The notes under the pieces were generated by a model. It saw only the letters and a list, made by a program, of their open reading frames with translations. It ran no database searches and was not told the DNA's origin. The position numbers and the translations under genes were made by a program. From NCBI GenBank assembly GCA_002269645.1, contig NIVC01000681.1:32469-96468 (forward strand): a DNA stretch of 64,000 nucleotides, read 5' to 3'. Source of the stretch: Macrostomum lignano (Eukaryota). This document shows positions 37,352-48,945 of the stretch, in pieces; the stretch's first letter is position 1, and each line of letters opens with the position of its first letter.

Positions 37352-37762
37352 TAGAGGTCGGATGGGATTAAAGTCTTTGGGTGGGATTGGGATTGGGAAT
37401 AATTTTTTTCTTGGGATTGGGATCAAGATCGGGAATTGGGAATTGGGATCAGGTCTTTTAGTGTATTGTCCATGTAAAGTTAAACAAAATTGAGAAAATA
37501 TTGTCAAGATCAAGAAGTAAAACACAACAAAATTGATATGAAGTTTTGTAACCAACAAAGTAAATAATGTAACAATATTAATAACAAGTACAAGTTAAAG
37601 CAAAATACCTTCAAGTAATCACTAATTCTATAAATTATTAATCAAAAGACCTGTTCTCAAATCTTGAGTTTTTTAGGGTTGGGATTCTGGTCCCACAGGA
37701 ATTCAATTTTCCTTGGGATCCCAAGATTTCGGGATTGGGATCAGGATCCCGTCTGACCTCTA
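37352..37762. mobile_element. hAT-type MITE
   Basis: 17-bp TIR tagaggtcggatgggat / atcccgtctgacctcta (2 mismatches) with an 8-bp TSD ctacaagg / ctaccagg (7/8). Confidence 0.75.
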
Positions 37763-39012
37763 CTACCAGGGGCAGATGATGGGCTTGCCACCAGCTTGTC
37801 TAATAACATGCCTACATGGCCTAAGTCTATAATCTACTTTGGCCTGAATCAACTGACCATCTTCCATTGTGAAGAGCAGAAAGATGATCAAGCCAAGTAT
37901 GCTAAGGCTTGCAAAACTAGAACTGGAGCCTTCTAGCCTTTAGTGTATACTGGTGTGAGTTTTGGTGTTCGTTGTGTTGGCTGTTTTGGGGGTTGGCCTG
38001 CGCTAGGGGGTCGGGCACGCTTTTATTCACCTGAACTTATATCGATCGGAATGTACGCGCGTACATAATGAATGACAAATATATATATCGACTAACTTGG
38101 CCTTTGAGCCCTCGTACTGATTATTTCTCGCAATTCTGGTCTTACACTGTGAAATGACCTTGCAATTTTTTTCTCCAATATGTAAGTCATGGAAATAGCA
38201 ACACTGCTTAAAATCTCTTAAAAATATAATATACTATAGTGTGCATACTATTTCATAGCTTAGATTTTATAGCTCAAATTAAGACTTAACCTTAAATAGT
38301 AAAGAGAGATAAATTATAAGTTAGAGTTTTTAGCCAATATTTTATGTGTTATATAGCTATGGCTAGGGCCTATGCCTATGCCTATGGCCTAGGCTAGCTA
38401 AAATAGGCCTAAAATAGCACCAAAACAGAAATAAAACAAGACTAGTTTTTTATTTCTTTTTTAATTTGAATTTGATAAGTTTAGAAGCCCAAGCTTGCAG
38501 GCGTAAACAACTTGCTAATTGGTTCAGCAATAATGTACATTGGCCAGTCCACTGAATGTACATGGCAGATGGCACAGCTTTAGCCTTTAGGCTGGAATTC
38601 CGAGAAAGGCAATAAAATTGGGGCGGGGCAGGTTAGTGTGGAAAGGCGCGGTCGGAGGTTTAAGTGGGGGGTAAGAGCCAATAAATGAGCCTTAGCTTTA
38701 AAAATACATTTAAATTCTTCTGTTTAACTTGCTACTAAACTAAAAGTAGCCTGCATGCAAATGTGCTGAGTGGCCTATCTAGTTAATTGTAGTATCTGTG
38801 ATTAGGCTTAGCCTTTGGTCCGTTAAGAAATATTTGTTGAATTAATTGATGTAATCAATTTACATCATACTCTCTGCCCAAGTTAGGCCTAACAATCAGT
38901 TTACCTGCTAACCTGCTCAGTGGTTTCATACTAAAGCCCATGGCCATATGACCTTTGAAAGAAAAAATGCATTCAATCGAAATAAAATTGGAGTCTAGGA
39001 CGCGTCTTCAAT

Positions 39013-39273
39013 GGGCCTTTTCATATACCAATTCCAGAACCAGAATCGGTTCGGAACTCCAAGAAAAACAGCAATATAGTTCTATTAAACTCTGTTTATA
39101 TTTGACTGCCTTAACAACCTAACTCAGCACAATTTTTCACTTTCTTCTTGGCGATTGTCATTCAAAAATAAAAACTTTATAGCACGTATCTCCCTCTAGT
39201 TATGGAGACAAAAAGTTATACTTCACAAATTGGTTCTGGTTCTGGAACCAGAGCAAGCAATATGAAAAGACCC
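39013..39273. mobile_element. Small MITE-like inverted-repeat element
   Basis: gggccttttcatat..ttccagaaccagaa at the left, reverse complement ttctggttctggaa..atatgaaaagaccc at the right; flanked by AT on both sides. Confidence 0.55.
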
Positions 39274-40261
39274 ATTGATCGTTAAAAGAATATTTCTTGG
39301 AAAACACATTTAAAAAGCATAAAATAAACACTTGATAAAACAAACTCAATTGAAGGATAGTTAATATGCATTGACTAATGCCGTTGCACTAAGAAATTAC
39401 AAAATTGTACAAAGTTTTTCATTCTGTTTTGTTGCTAAATTTGACTAGATTGTCACTGTATCTTCTTTCGCCGATTTTGTTGATGTTGAATCTCTGTTGC
39501 TGAATTTAAGGCTGTTAAGTAGGATTTTACATTAAAATTAAATATTTAACAAAGTAAATTGCGCCACGATTGTACCTAAAAGCTTCCCATATTGGTTTTT
39601 TTAAAGTACAGGACGCCTGTGATTTTATAGCTGGTTGATGTGGTATTACATGTAAAAATAAAGATAACATGATTATACACAAAAACATTAATTACAACAT
39701 CACAGAGAGAGAAATACAGTACAAGCGCATAAAACACAGCACAAGCAAGGCGAGTATACATGTAATGTGATGAGTCAGAGACTCTAAGAAGAACAGATTG
39801 GTGGCTAAAAGTAAGAGTATGATTAGTACATCATAGGTCTTACAGACTCTGAGCAGAGAAATAAAATTTGGCAAAATAAAAGGATTAAGTATGAGTAAAT
39901 ACATCACATAAATAGAATAAATGAGAAAAATTAGTATATTAAGTGGATAACAAATAAATGGCTACAACTATACGAGTAGGCCTTAAAGACTTTATTAATT
40001 GGTCCAATAATAAATATCCAAATACTCGAAGAACATCATCAGAAAAAAAACTAATAAGTTAACTAATAACAAATAAATTTTGCGCCGAAAGAGCTCCGGT
40101 TCCATGCACACGGCGTCAGAGTCGAAAAACAATTGTGCAAACAATGACAGAGGAGCAGAATAAATCGCAGAGCAGAGAGAGCAGAAATACCATTAAAGTG
40201 AAAAAGGCACCGTGTACGGCGACAAAGACTGAAATAGTTAAATGGTAAGTTCGACCCATCA

Positions 40262-41270
40262 GGATGTGCCGCTGTGGCAGAGCAGCTCCCGGAGGCTCCT
40301 GCCCTTGGAGTAGGCTGGCAGCACCGGGCCTCGCAGTTTCGTGCCAACTGGTCCCTCACCTTGGTAGCCAGGGCGTCGGAGGTCGCACAGTGCGGCAGGA
40401 TCAGCGGGATGGGCCGGGTTGTGCAGTTGGCGCCGTGTGGAATTCGAGTCCTCAGGACCTCGATGAGCTTGGACTCTTGGCGCTGACGCCGCTCGTTAGC
40501 TCTGGATCCTGTGCCCTTGCGTGTTCAGTTGCCGGTGAAGGCGAAGTCCGCCAGGCTGTGGCCACCGCTGGTGAAGTTGCGCGCCACCGGAGTGTCGCGG
40601 CCCCGGGCGTGCCGGATGTCACCGATGTGCGCCAGCGTGCGGCCACGGATGCTGTTGGCAATCTCGCCGACTTAGTCCGTGTGGTCGCACCGGCGACAGA
40701 ACACGGCGCAGACGGCGTTCGCCGCGTTGCAGTCGATCCTCTGACAGATGATGAGTTGGACCGATGTGGCATCTGCATCGGGGCAGACGGAGGTGAACCT
40801 TGGGTGCGCCTGGCAGCACTTGCAGAGCCGGGCCGGGTTGCACGGCAGGAAGCCGAACTCCCACCTTCTGGTCGGGTAGAAGCCCAGCTCCGTCAGCACT
40901 TCGTACGGAGGAAGCGTCGGCTGTAGCCTTGGTGCTGCACCAGATTCGACATCAGCCCGGTGCACGCTGCATCGAAGTCGGCCATCCGGGGTACCGCCGG
41001 GCGTACCCCTGAGGATCTGGGACTTTACCACGCCCCGGAAAGTCCGCTTAGGATGGAAGGGCTCGGCTGTCGGTGGGCTTGAAGAACAACCTGCAGGTTC
41101 CCAGGCTCTTGTTGTAGCCCTCGCGGTCCTAGATGTCCAGGAAGTTGACCTCTGTACTGCTGTAGCTCAGTTGAAGCCGGGTGTTCAGGTCGAGGGCGTC
41201 CAGATGTTGGTGGGACTGGACCAGCTCCGCGTCTGTTCCCCGTCACACTCCAAAGACGTCGTCGATTCTA
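40262..41270 (-). mobile_element. Decayed Penelope-like retroelement: RT C-terminus + GIY-YIG endonuclease, 5'-truncated
   Basis: Minus-strand translation with stops/frameshifts: RIDDVFGV*...EVNFLDI*...FKPTD..HPKRTFRGVVKSQILR (PLE RT), Cys linker PCNPARLCKCC, then ICQRIDCNAANAVCAVFCRRC...VGE...RGRTLAHI..TPVARNF...H...RQRQESKLIEVLRTRIPHGAN (GIY-YIG). Confidence 0.85.
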
Positions 41271-41469
41271 ACTTTCGACGTTAGATTTCGACGGCAAATT
41301 TCGGCGGGCAATTCGTCTGCGAGAATTTCTCATGTTTCTGATGAAGCTGGGCAGTCTGATGACGATCGGCTGCAGAAAGAGACTTCTTCAGGGCTATGTA
41401 CTAGCTCTATAGCTTACTTTATCAGCACCATAGCTTAATCTTGTTCTCTCCATACCTATACCTTACTCT

Positions 41470-42120
41470 TGTTAGCTCATAGTTACCCTTGTAAACTCCA
41501 TAGCTTACCCTTGTAAACTCCATAGCTTACTCTTGTTAGCTCCATAGCTTACTCTTGTTAGCTCCATAGCTTACTCTTGTTAGCTCCATAGCTTACTCTT
41601 GTTAGCTCCATAGCTTACTCTTGTTAGCTCCATAGCTTACTCTTGTTAGCTCATAGTTACCCTTGTAAACTCCATAGCTTACTCTTGTTAGCTCATAGTT
41701 ACCCTTGTAAACTCCATAGCTTACTCTTGTTAGCTCATAGTTACCCTTGTAAACTCCATAGCTTACTCTTGTTAGCTCATAGTTACCCTTGTAAACTCCA
41801 TAGCTTACTCTTGTTAGCTCATAGTTACCCTTGTAAACTCCATAGCTTACTCTTGTTAGCTCATACTTACCCTTGTAAACTCCATAGCTTACTCTTGTTA
41901 GCTCATACTTACCCTTGTTCTCTCCATAGCTTACTCTTGTTAGCTCATAGTTACCCTTGTAAACTCCATAGCTTACTCTTGTTAGCTCATAGTTACCCTT
42001 GTAAACTCCATAGCTTACTCTTGTTAGCTCATAGTTACCCTTGTAAACTCCATAGCTTACTCTTGTTAGCTCATAGTTACCCTTGTAAACTCCATAGCTT
42101 ACTATTGTTAGCTCCATAGC
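41470..42120. repeat. 22/42-bp minisatellite (catagcttactcttgttagctc +/- atagttacccttgtaaactcc)
   Basis: Direct tandem copies; same family as 47367-47755 and 48215-48765. Confidence 0.95.
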
Positions 42121-42599
42121 CATAATTCTTTCATAAATTTTCAGTACAAAGGCAAGCTATAAAATATTTTCAAACAAAGCAACCAATACAGTAATATTTT
42201 AATTGAATGGGCTAAAACTTCCTCTGTCCAGAATCCATAAAATATTGATGAGGCTAGGCTGGGATCCAGATAATGACTCAATTTCAGCCGCTCAGGTAGA
42301 GGTAGCCAATTAATCCAATTAAATAGCAAGCTTTTAATTCTACTGCTTTGGTCCAGAAACACAAGATAAGAAATACTAATGACATAAACATATACACATA
42401 CCTAAGACAAAAACAAGTCGGAGGTGGGGCGTTTATAACCGCCAATGCGGGGTTAGGGAGCTTTAACGCTTTTCAGTTTATTAGGAGTCGCAGCAACACG
42501 CTATGCTTGATGAGACCTGCACTGAAATTTAAAAATACATTTAAAACAGCCAAGTAGTCAAAGCGAGCTATAATGTGGGTGAAGAGTCAGGCTAAGCCG

Positions 42600-45500
42600 A
42601 TGAAGAGAGTAGGCTAAGGTGAGAACAGGTGTAGGCTAAGGTGGGAACAGGAGTAGGCTAAGGTGAGAACAGGTGTAGGCTAAGGTGAGAACAGGAGTAG
42701 GCTAAGGTGAGAACAGGTGTAGGCTAAGGTGAGAACAGGAGTAGGCTAAGGTGGGAACAGGAGTAGGCTAAGGTGGGAACAGGAGTAGGCTAAGGTGAGA
42801 ACAGGAGTAGGCTAAGGTGGGAACAGGAGTAGGCTGTGGGAACAGGAGTAGGCTAAGGTGGGAACAGGAGTAGGCTAAGGTGGGAACAGGAGTAGGCTAA
42901 GGTGGAAACAGGAGTAGGCTAAGGTGGGAACAGGAGTAGGCTAAGGTGAGAACAGGTGTAGGCTAAGGTGGGAACAGGAGTAGGCTAAGGTGAGAACAGG
43001 AGTAGGCTAAGGTGAGAACAGGAGTAGGCTAAGGTGGGAACAGGAGTAGGCTAAGGTGAGAACAGGAGTAGGCTAAGGTGAGAACAGGAGTAGGCTAAGG
43101 TGAGAACAGGAGTAGGCTAAGGTGGGAACAGGAGTAGGCTAAGGTGAGAACAGGTGTAGGCTAAGGTGAGAACAGGAGTAGGCTAAGGTGGGAACAGGAG
43201 TAGGCTAAGGTGGGGACAGGAGTAGGCTAAGGTGAGAACAGGAGTAGGCTAAGGTGGGAACAGGAGTAGGCTGTGGGAACAGGAGTAGGCTAAGGTGGGA
43301 ACAGGAGTAGGCTAAGGTGGGAACAGGAGTAGGCTAAGGTGGAAACAGGAGTAGGCTAAGGTGGGAACAGGAGTAGGCTAAGGTGAGAACAGGTGTAGGC
43401 TAAGGTGGGAACAGGAGTAGGCTAAGGTGAGAACAGGAGTAGGCTAAGGTGGGAACAGGAGTAGGCTAAGGTGGGAACAGGAGTAGGCTAAGGTGAGAAC
43501 AGGAGTAGGCTAAGGTGAGAACAGGAGTAGGCTAAGGTGAGAACAGGAGTAGGCTAAGGTGGGAACAGGAGTAGGCTAAGCCGATGAAGAGAGTAGGCTA
43601 AGGTGAGAACAGGTGTAGGCTAAGGTGGGAACAGGAGTAGGCTAAGGTGAGAACAGGAGTAGGCTAAGGTGAGAACAGGAGTAGGCTAAGGTGAGAACAG
43701 GTGTAGGCTAAGGTGGGAACAGGAGTAGGCTAAGGTGAGAACAGGAGTAGGCTAAGGTGGGAACAGGAGTAGGCTAAGCCGATGAAGAGAGTAGGCTAAG
43801 GTGAGAACAGGTGTAGGCTAAGGTGGGAACAGGAGTAGGCTAAGGTGGGAACAGGAGTAGGCTAAGGTGAGAACAGGTGTAGGCTAAGGTGAGAACAGGT
43901 GTAGGCTAAGGTGAGAACAGGTGTAGGCTAAGGTGGGAACAGGAGTAGGCTAAGGTGAGAACAGGAGTAGGCTAAGGTGGGAACAGGAGTAGGCTAAGCC
44001 GATGAAGAGAGTAGGCTAAGGTGAGAACAGGTGTAGGCTAAGGTGGGAACAGGAGTAGGCTAAGGTGAGAACAGGAGTAGGCTAAGGTGGGAACAGGAGT
44101 AGGCTAAGGTGAGAACAGGTGTAGGCTAAGGTGGGAACAGGAGTAGGCTAAGGTGAGAACAGGAGTAGGCTAAGGTGGGAACAGGAGTAGGCTAAAGTGA
44201 GAACAGGAGTAGGCTAAAGTGAGAACAGGAGTAGGCTAAGGTGAGAACAGGAGTAGGCTAAGGTGAGAACAGGAGTAGGCTAAGGTGGGAAAAGGAGTAG
44301 GCTAAAGTGAGAACAGGAGTAGGCTAAAGTGAGAACAGGAGTAGGCTAAGGTGAGAACAGGAGTAGGCTAAGGTGAGAACAGGAGTAGGCTAAGGTGGGA
44401 ACAGGAGTAGGCTAAGGTGAGAACAGGTGTAGGCTAAGGTGAGAACAGGTGTAGGCTAAGGTGAGAACAGGTGTAGGCTAAGGTGAGAACAGGAGTAGGC
44501 TAAGGTGAGAACAGGAGTAGGCTAAGGTGAGAACAGGTGTAGGCTAAGGTGAGAACAGGAGTAGGCTAAGGTGAGAACAGGAGTAGGCTAAGGTGAGAAC
44601 AGGTGTAGGCTAAGGTGGGAACAGGAGTAGGCTAAGGTGAGAACAGGAGTAGGCTAAGGTGGGAACAGGAGTAGGCTAAGCCGATGAAGAGAGTAGGCTA
44701 AGGTGAGAACAGGTGTAGGCTAAGGTGGGAACAGGAGTAGGCTAAGGTGAGAACAGGAGTAGGCTAAGGTGGGAACAGGAGTAGGCTAAGGTGAGAACAG
44801 GTGTAGGCTAAGGTGGGAACAGGAGTAGGCTAAGGTGAGAACAGGAGTAGGCTAAGGTGGGAACAGGAGTAGGCTAAAGTGAGAACAGGAGTAGGCTAAA
44901 GTGAGAACAGGAGTAGGCTAAGGTGAGAACAGGAGTAGGCTAAGGTGAGAACAGGAGTAGGCTAAGGTGGGAAAAGGAGTAGGCTAAAGTGAGAACAGGA
45001 GTAGGCTAAAGTGAGAACAGGAGTAGGCTAAGGTGAGAACAGGAGTAGGCTAAGGTGGGAACAGGAGTAGGCTAAGGTGGGAACAGGTGTAGGCTAAGGT
45101 GAGAACAGGAGTAGGCTAAGGTGGGAACAGGTGTAGGCTAAGGTGAGAACAGGTGTAGGCTAAGGTGAGAACAGGAGTAGGCTAAGGTGAGAACAGGAGT
45201 AGGCTAAGGTGAGAACAGGAGTAGGCTAAGGTGAGAACAGGAGTAGGCTAAAGTGAGAACAGGAGTAGGCTAAGGTGAGAACAGGAGTAGGCTAAGGTGA
45301 GAACAGGAGTAGGCTAAGGTGGGAACAGGAGTAGGCTAAGGTGAGAACAGGTGTAGGCTAAGGTGAGAACAGGTGTAGGCTAAGGTGAGAACAGGTGTAG
45401 GCTAAGGTGAGAACAGGAGTAGGCTAAGGTGAGAACAGGAGTAGGCTAAGGTGAGAACAGGTGTAGGCTAAGGTGAGAACAGGAGTAGGCTAAGGTGGGA

Positions 45501-45660
45501 ACAGGAGTAGGCTAAGGTGAGAACAGGTGTAGGCTAAGGTGAGAACAGGTGTAGGCTAAGGTGAGAACAGGTGTAGGCTAAGGTGAGAACAGGAGTAGGC
45601 TAAGGTGAGAACAGGAGTAGGCTAAGGTGAGAACAGGAGTAGGCTAAGGTGGGAACAAGA
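42600..45660. repeat. 22-bp minisatellite (aggagtaggctaaggtgagaac)n, ~3 kb
   Basis: Roughly 140 copies; its reverse complement matches the 41470 family unit at 16/22 positions. Confidence 0.95.
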
Positions 45661-45694
45661 GCAGCCTACTAGCGTATTAGAGAAATATCTACAC

Positions 45695-45950
45695 CCACAA
45701 TCTCAACATTCTTCACATTCTCCACATTCTCCACAATCTCCACATTCTCCACAATCTCCACATTCTCCACATTCTCCACATTCTCCACATTCTCCACATT
45801 CTCCACATTCTCCACATTCTCCACAATCTCAACATTCTCCACATTCTCCACATTCTCCACATTCTCCACATTCTCCACATTCTCCACATTCTCCACATTC
45901 TCCACATTCTCCACATTCTCCACAATCTCCACAATCTCCACAATCTCACT
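45695..45950. repeat. 9-bp repeat (ccacattct)n
   Basis: Direct tandem copies. Confidence 0.95.
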
Positions 45951-46464
45951 TGCCTTTACTAATTTCTTCTCTTTCCTCTACCAATCTTCCCATCATTATT
46001 GTGGTGTTGAGGGGATATCAGGGAGATGAGTGGAGATCGGGAAGGTGAGGGAAGATTGGGGAGGTGAGAGGAGATTCTGACTGGAACTTTTAACAGTTTT
46101 TCTATAACAGTCCAATGGACATAATTGTTTCCTAGTCATCTATGCTATACCCAGCTGGGTCATAAGTCAAACCCCTTTGTGTTAGCAGCCTACGCCAGGT
46201 CAAGACTATTGTTTGTGGACCTTGGATGGGAGTGGACAGATGAGAGGGTGAAAAGTTACGGCACTTGTAGTGAAATTTTTGGCCTTTTTTCCAACCTTAA
46301 GAGTCATATCTTCACTGTGATCTCTTAATGTGCAGAGACACAATTTCAATATTCAGTTGCCCCTAACATTACCAAATGAACACACTTTTGAGTTGCTTTC
46401 TACTAATTTCTTCGGCGGTCAATTGAGGCGGTCAAATCGAGGCGGTCAAATTGAGGCGGTCAAT

Positions 46465-47370
46465 TGTCATGGACTCGCTTTGCGATTTTCGGCTATGAGA
46501 TTGAGGAAGGAAAATGCAGGATTGACGCTCTGTCGAGACAGCTTTGAAAACTGCGACTCTGAGACTGACTCGTTTCATCATGCAGTGAAGATCACAGAAG
46601 GTTTGGTTACGATTGATGACCTGAGAGAGGGAGTTGGAGGGGTCGTAGCCTAGTGGTTAGAGCTTCGACTCACGACTGAAAGGCGGGGTTCGATTCCCGA
46701 TCCCACTCGGAACAATTTGTGTCCTTGAGCTGCTCAAGTTGAGCAAGACACTTAACTCTGAATTGCTTCAGTTCACCCAGCTGTAAAATGGGTGCCAGCA
46801 TTAGCTGGGGTAATTGAGGGTGTGTGGCGACCTCCCAGTCCTTGGACTGAACAGCCGTACGTAGCCTTCAGATTCGCCGCGCAATAGCTGCGGCTGAGCT
46901 GTCGGTTTCACATCTGCCTATCAACGCAGGTTTAATCGATTATTATTAATTATTATTATTATGAGAGAGGGAATTCTTTGATATTCGCTGCTTCAGAGGC
47001 TTAAACACAGAATTAGGTCATTCGGTGGGGGTCAAGTCTCTCAGTTGGAACGGCCGTACCAGCTTGCCGCGATGCGCTCTGTCGAGAACGGTTTGGTCAA
47101 CCATGGTTCCAGGATGTTCCGCCGCACCATTCACCGCAGGCGCATCCTGAAGACTGGGTATGATGAGGTGCATCCCAGTGCTGAAACACCAAGGCACATG
47201 TTTCAAAGGAGTTTTTGTGGCCAGGACTTAACCGAGATGTTCGTCAGTTTGTCGAGCGATGTCAGCTGACAGACAGCCTGTGTCTCAGAGAAAATCACAC
47301 TTGACTAGCTGAGAGACCGTCATGGTCTCGGGTCCTCATGGATCACTGCGACGTGCCTGGTGTCGGGCTT
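46465..47370 (+). mobile_element. Decayed Ty3/Gypsy pol fragment (RNase H end, connection, integrase H2C2 and start of core), interrupted by a SINE
   Basis: Translation with frameshifts: WTRFAIFGYEIEEGK..DALSR; LLQRLKHRI..RPYQ..SVENGLV..GSR; RRRILK..H; LWPGLNRDVRQFVERCQ; ERP.WSRV.MDHCDVPGVG. Confidence 0.7.
46633..46961 (+). mobile_element. tRNA-derived CORE-type SINE, copy 1
   Basis: A box tagcctagtgg and B box ggttcgattcc; central gtgtccttgagc..aagacacttaactct..gcttcagttcacccagctgtaaaatggg resembling the MIR CORE; (att)n tail; 11-bp TSD tgagagaggga at 46622-46632 and 46962-46972. Confidence 0.85.
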
Positions 47371-47755
47371 ACTCTTGTTAGCTCCATAGCTTACTCTTGT
47401 TAGCTCCATAGCTTACTCTTGTTAGCTCCATAGCTTACTCTTGTTAGCTCCATAGCTTACTCTTGTTAGCTCCATAGCTTACTCTTGTTAGCTCCATAGC
47501 TTACTCTTGTTAGCTCCATAGCTTACTCTTGTTAGCTCCATAGCTTACTCTTGTTAGCTCCATAGCTTACTCTTGTTAGCTCCATAGCTTACTCTTGTTA
47601 GCTCCATAGCTTACTCTTGTTAGCTCCATAGCTTACTCTTGTTAGCTCCATAGCTTACTCTTGTTAGCTCCATAGCTTACTCTTGTTAGCTCCATAGCTT
47701 ACTCTTGTTAGCTCCATAGCTTACTCTTGTTAGCTCCATAGCTTACTCTTGTTGG
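47367..47755. repeat. 22-bp minisatellite (gcttactcttgttagctccata)n
   Basis: Highly homogeneous tandem copies. Confidence 0.95.
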
Positions 47756-48214
47756 CTTGATTTCTCCCCTTAGCTTATTTGCGCGTATATTTTCAATGTA
47801 AGAACAAGCTTTAAAATATATTCACTAGCCAATGCATAAATTCATTTTAATTTAATGGACTAAGACTCCCTCTTTCCTGAATCCATGAAATATTGATGAG
47901 GCTGTGCTGGTTCCCGGATATTTCGTCAAATACAGCAGCGCAGGTAGAGATATCTAATTAAATATAAAAGCTTTTAATTCTATTACTTTGGTCCAGAAAA
48001 ACAAAAGCAAGTTCTTCATACGGGCACTGTGGTGGGGGTGGGGGGGAGGCGTTCAACCGGCTGAGCGGTTTTAGGGGGGTATGGAGCTTTATTCGTCCCA
48101 GCTGGCCGCTATAATTGATGAGACCAAAACGATAAAATCTACACTGAACTAATAAATTACATTGAAAAAAAATCAGCCAAGGAGTTAAAGCGAGCTATAA
48201 TGTGGGTGCAGAGT

Positions 48215-48945
48215 GACTCTGAGTGACCCATAGATGACTCTTGTTAGCCCCATAATTGACTCTTGTTAGCCCCATAGATGGCTTTTGTTAGCCCCATAGA
48301 TGACTCTTGTTAGCCCCATAAATGACTCTTGTTAGCCCCATAGATGGCTTTTGTTAGCTCCATAGATGACTCTTGTTAGCTCCATAGATGACTCTTGTTA
48401 GTCCCATAGATGACTCTTGTTAGCCCCATAGATGACTTTTGTTAGCTCCATGGATGACTCTTGTTAGCCCCATAGATGACTCTTGTTAGCCCCATAGATG
48501 ACTCTTGTTAGCCCCATAGATGACTCTTGTTAGCCCCATAGATGACTCTTGTTAGCCCAATAGATGACTCTTGTTAGCCCCATAGCTCACTCTTATTAGC
48601 CCCATAGCTCACTCTTATTAGCCCCATAGATGACTCTTGTTAGCTCCATAGCTTACTCTTGTTAGCTCCGTAGCTTACTCTTGCTTGCTCCATAGCTTAC
48701 TCTTGCTTGCTCCATAGCTTACTCTTGCTCGCTCCATAGCTTACTCATTGCTTGCTCTATAAGTTACAGGAGTAGGCTAAGGTGAGAACAGGAGTAGGCT
48801 AAGGTAAGAACAGGTGTAGGCTAAGGTGAGAACAGGTACTGTAGGCTAAGGTGAGAACAGGTGTAGGCTAAGGTGAGAACAGGTGTAGGCTAAGGTGAGA
48901 ACAGGTGTAGGCTAAGGTGAGAACAGGTGTAGGCTAAGGTGAGAA
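48215..48945. repeat. Abutting opposite-sense 22-bp arrays (ccatagatgactcttgttagcc to ~48765, then aggtgtaggctaaggtgagaac)
   Basis: Switch from the 41470-type family to the 42600-type family at ~48768. Confidence 0.9.

Noticed and set aside
38051-38066. Perfect 16-bp palindrome atgtacgcgcgtacat
   Set aside because: Isolated, with no second copy or associated feature; no function can be supported.
40264-40926. 220-aa plus-strand ORF
   Set aside because: Antisense shadow of the GC-rich Penelope-like coding strand; no recognisable motifs.
46633-46710. tRNA gene (also at ~58610-58685)
   Set aside because: Imperfect stems and direct continuation into a CORE-like body, tail and TSD show these are SINE heads.
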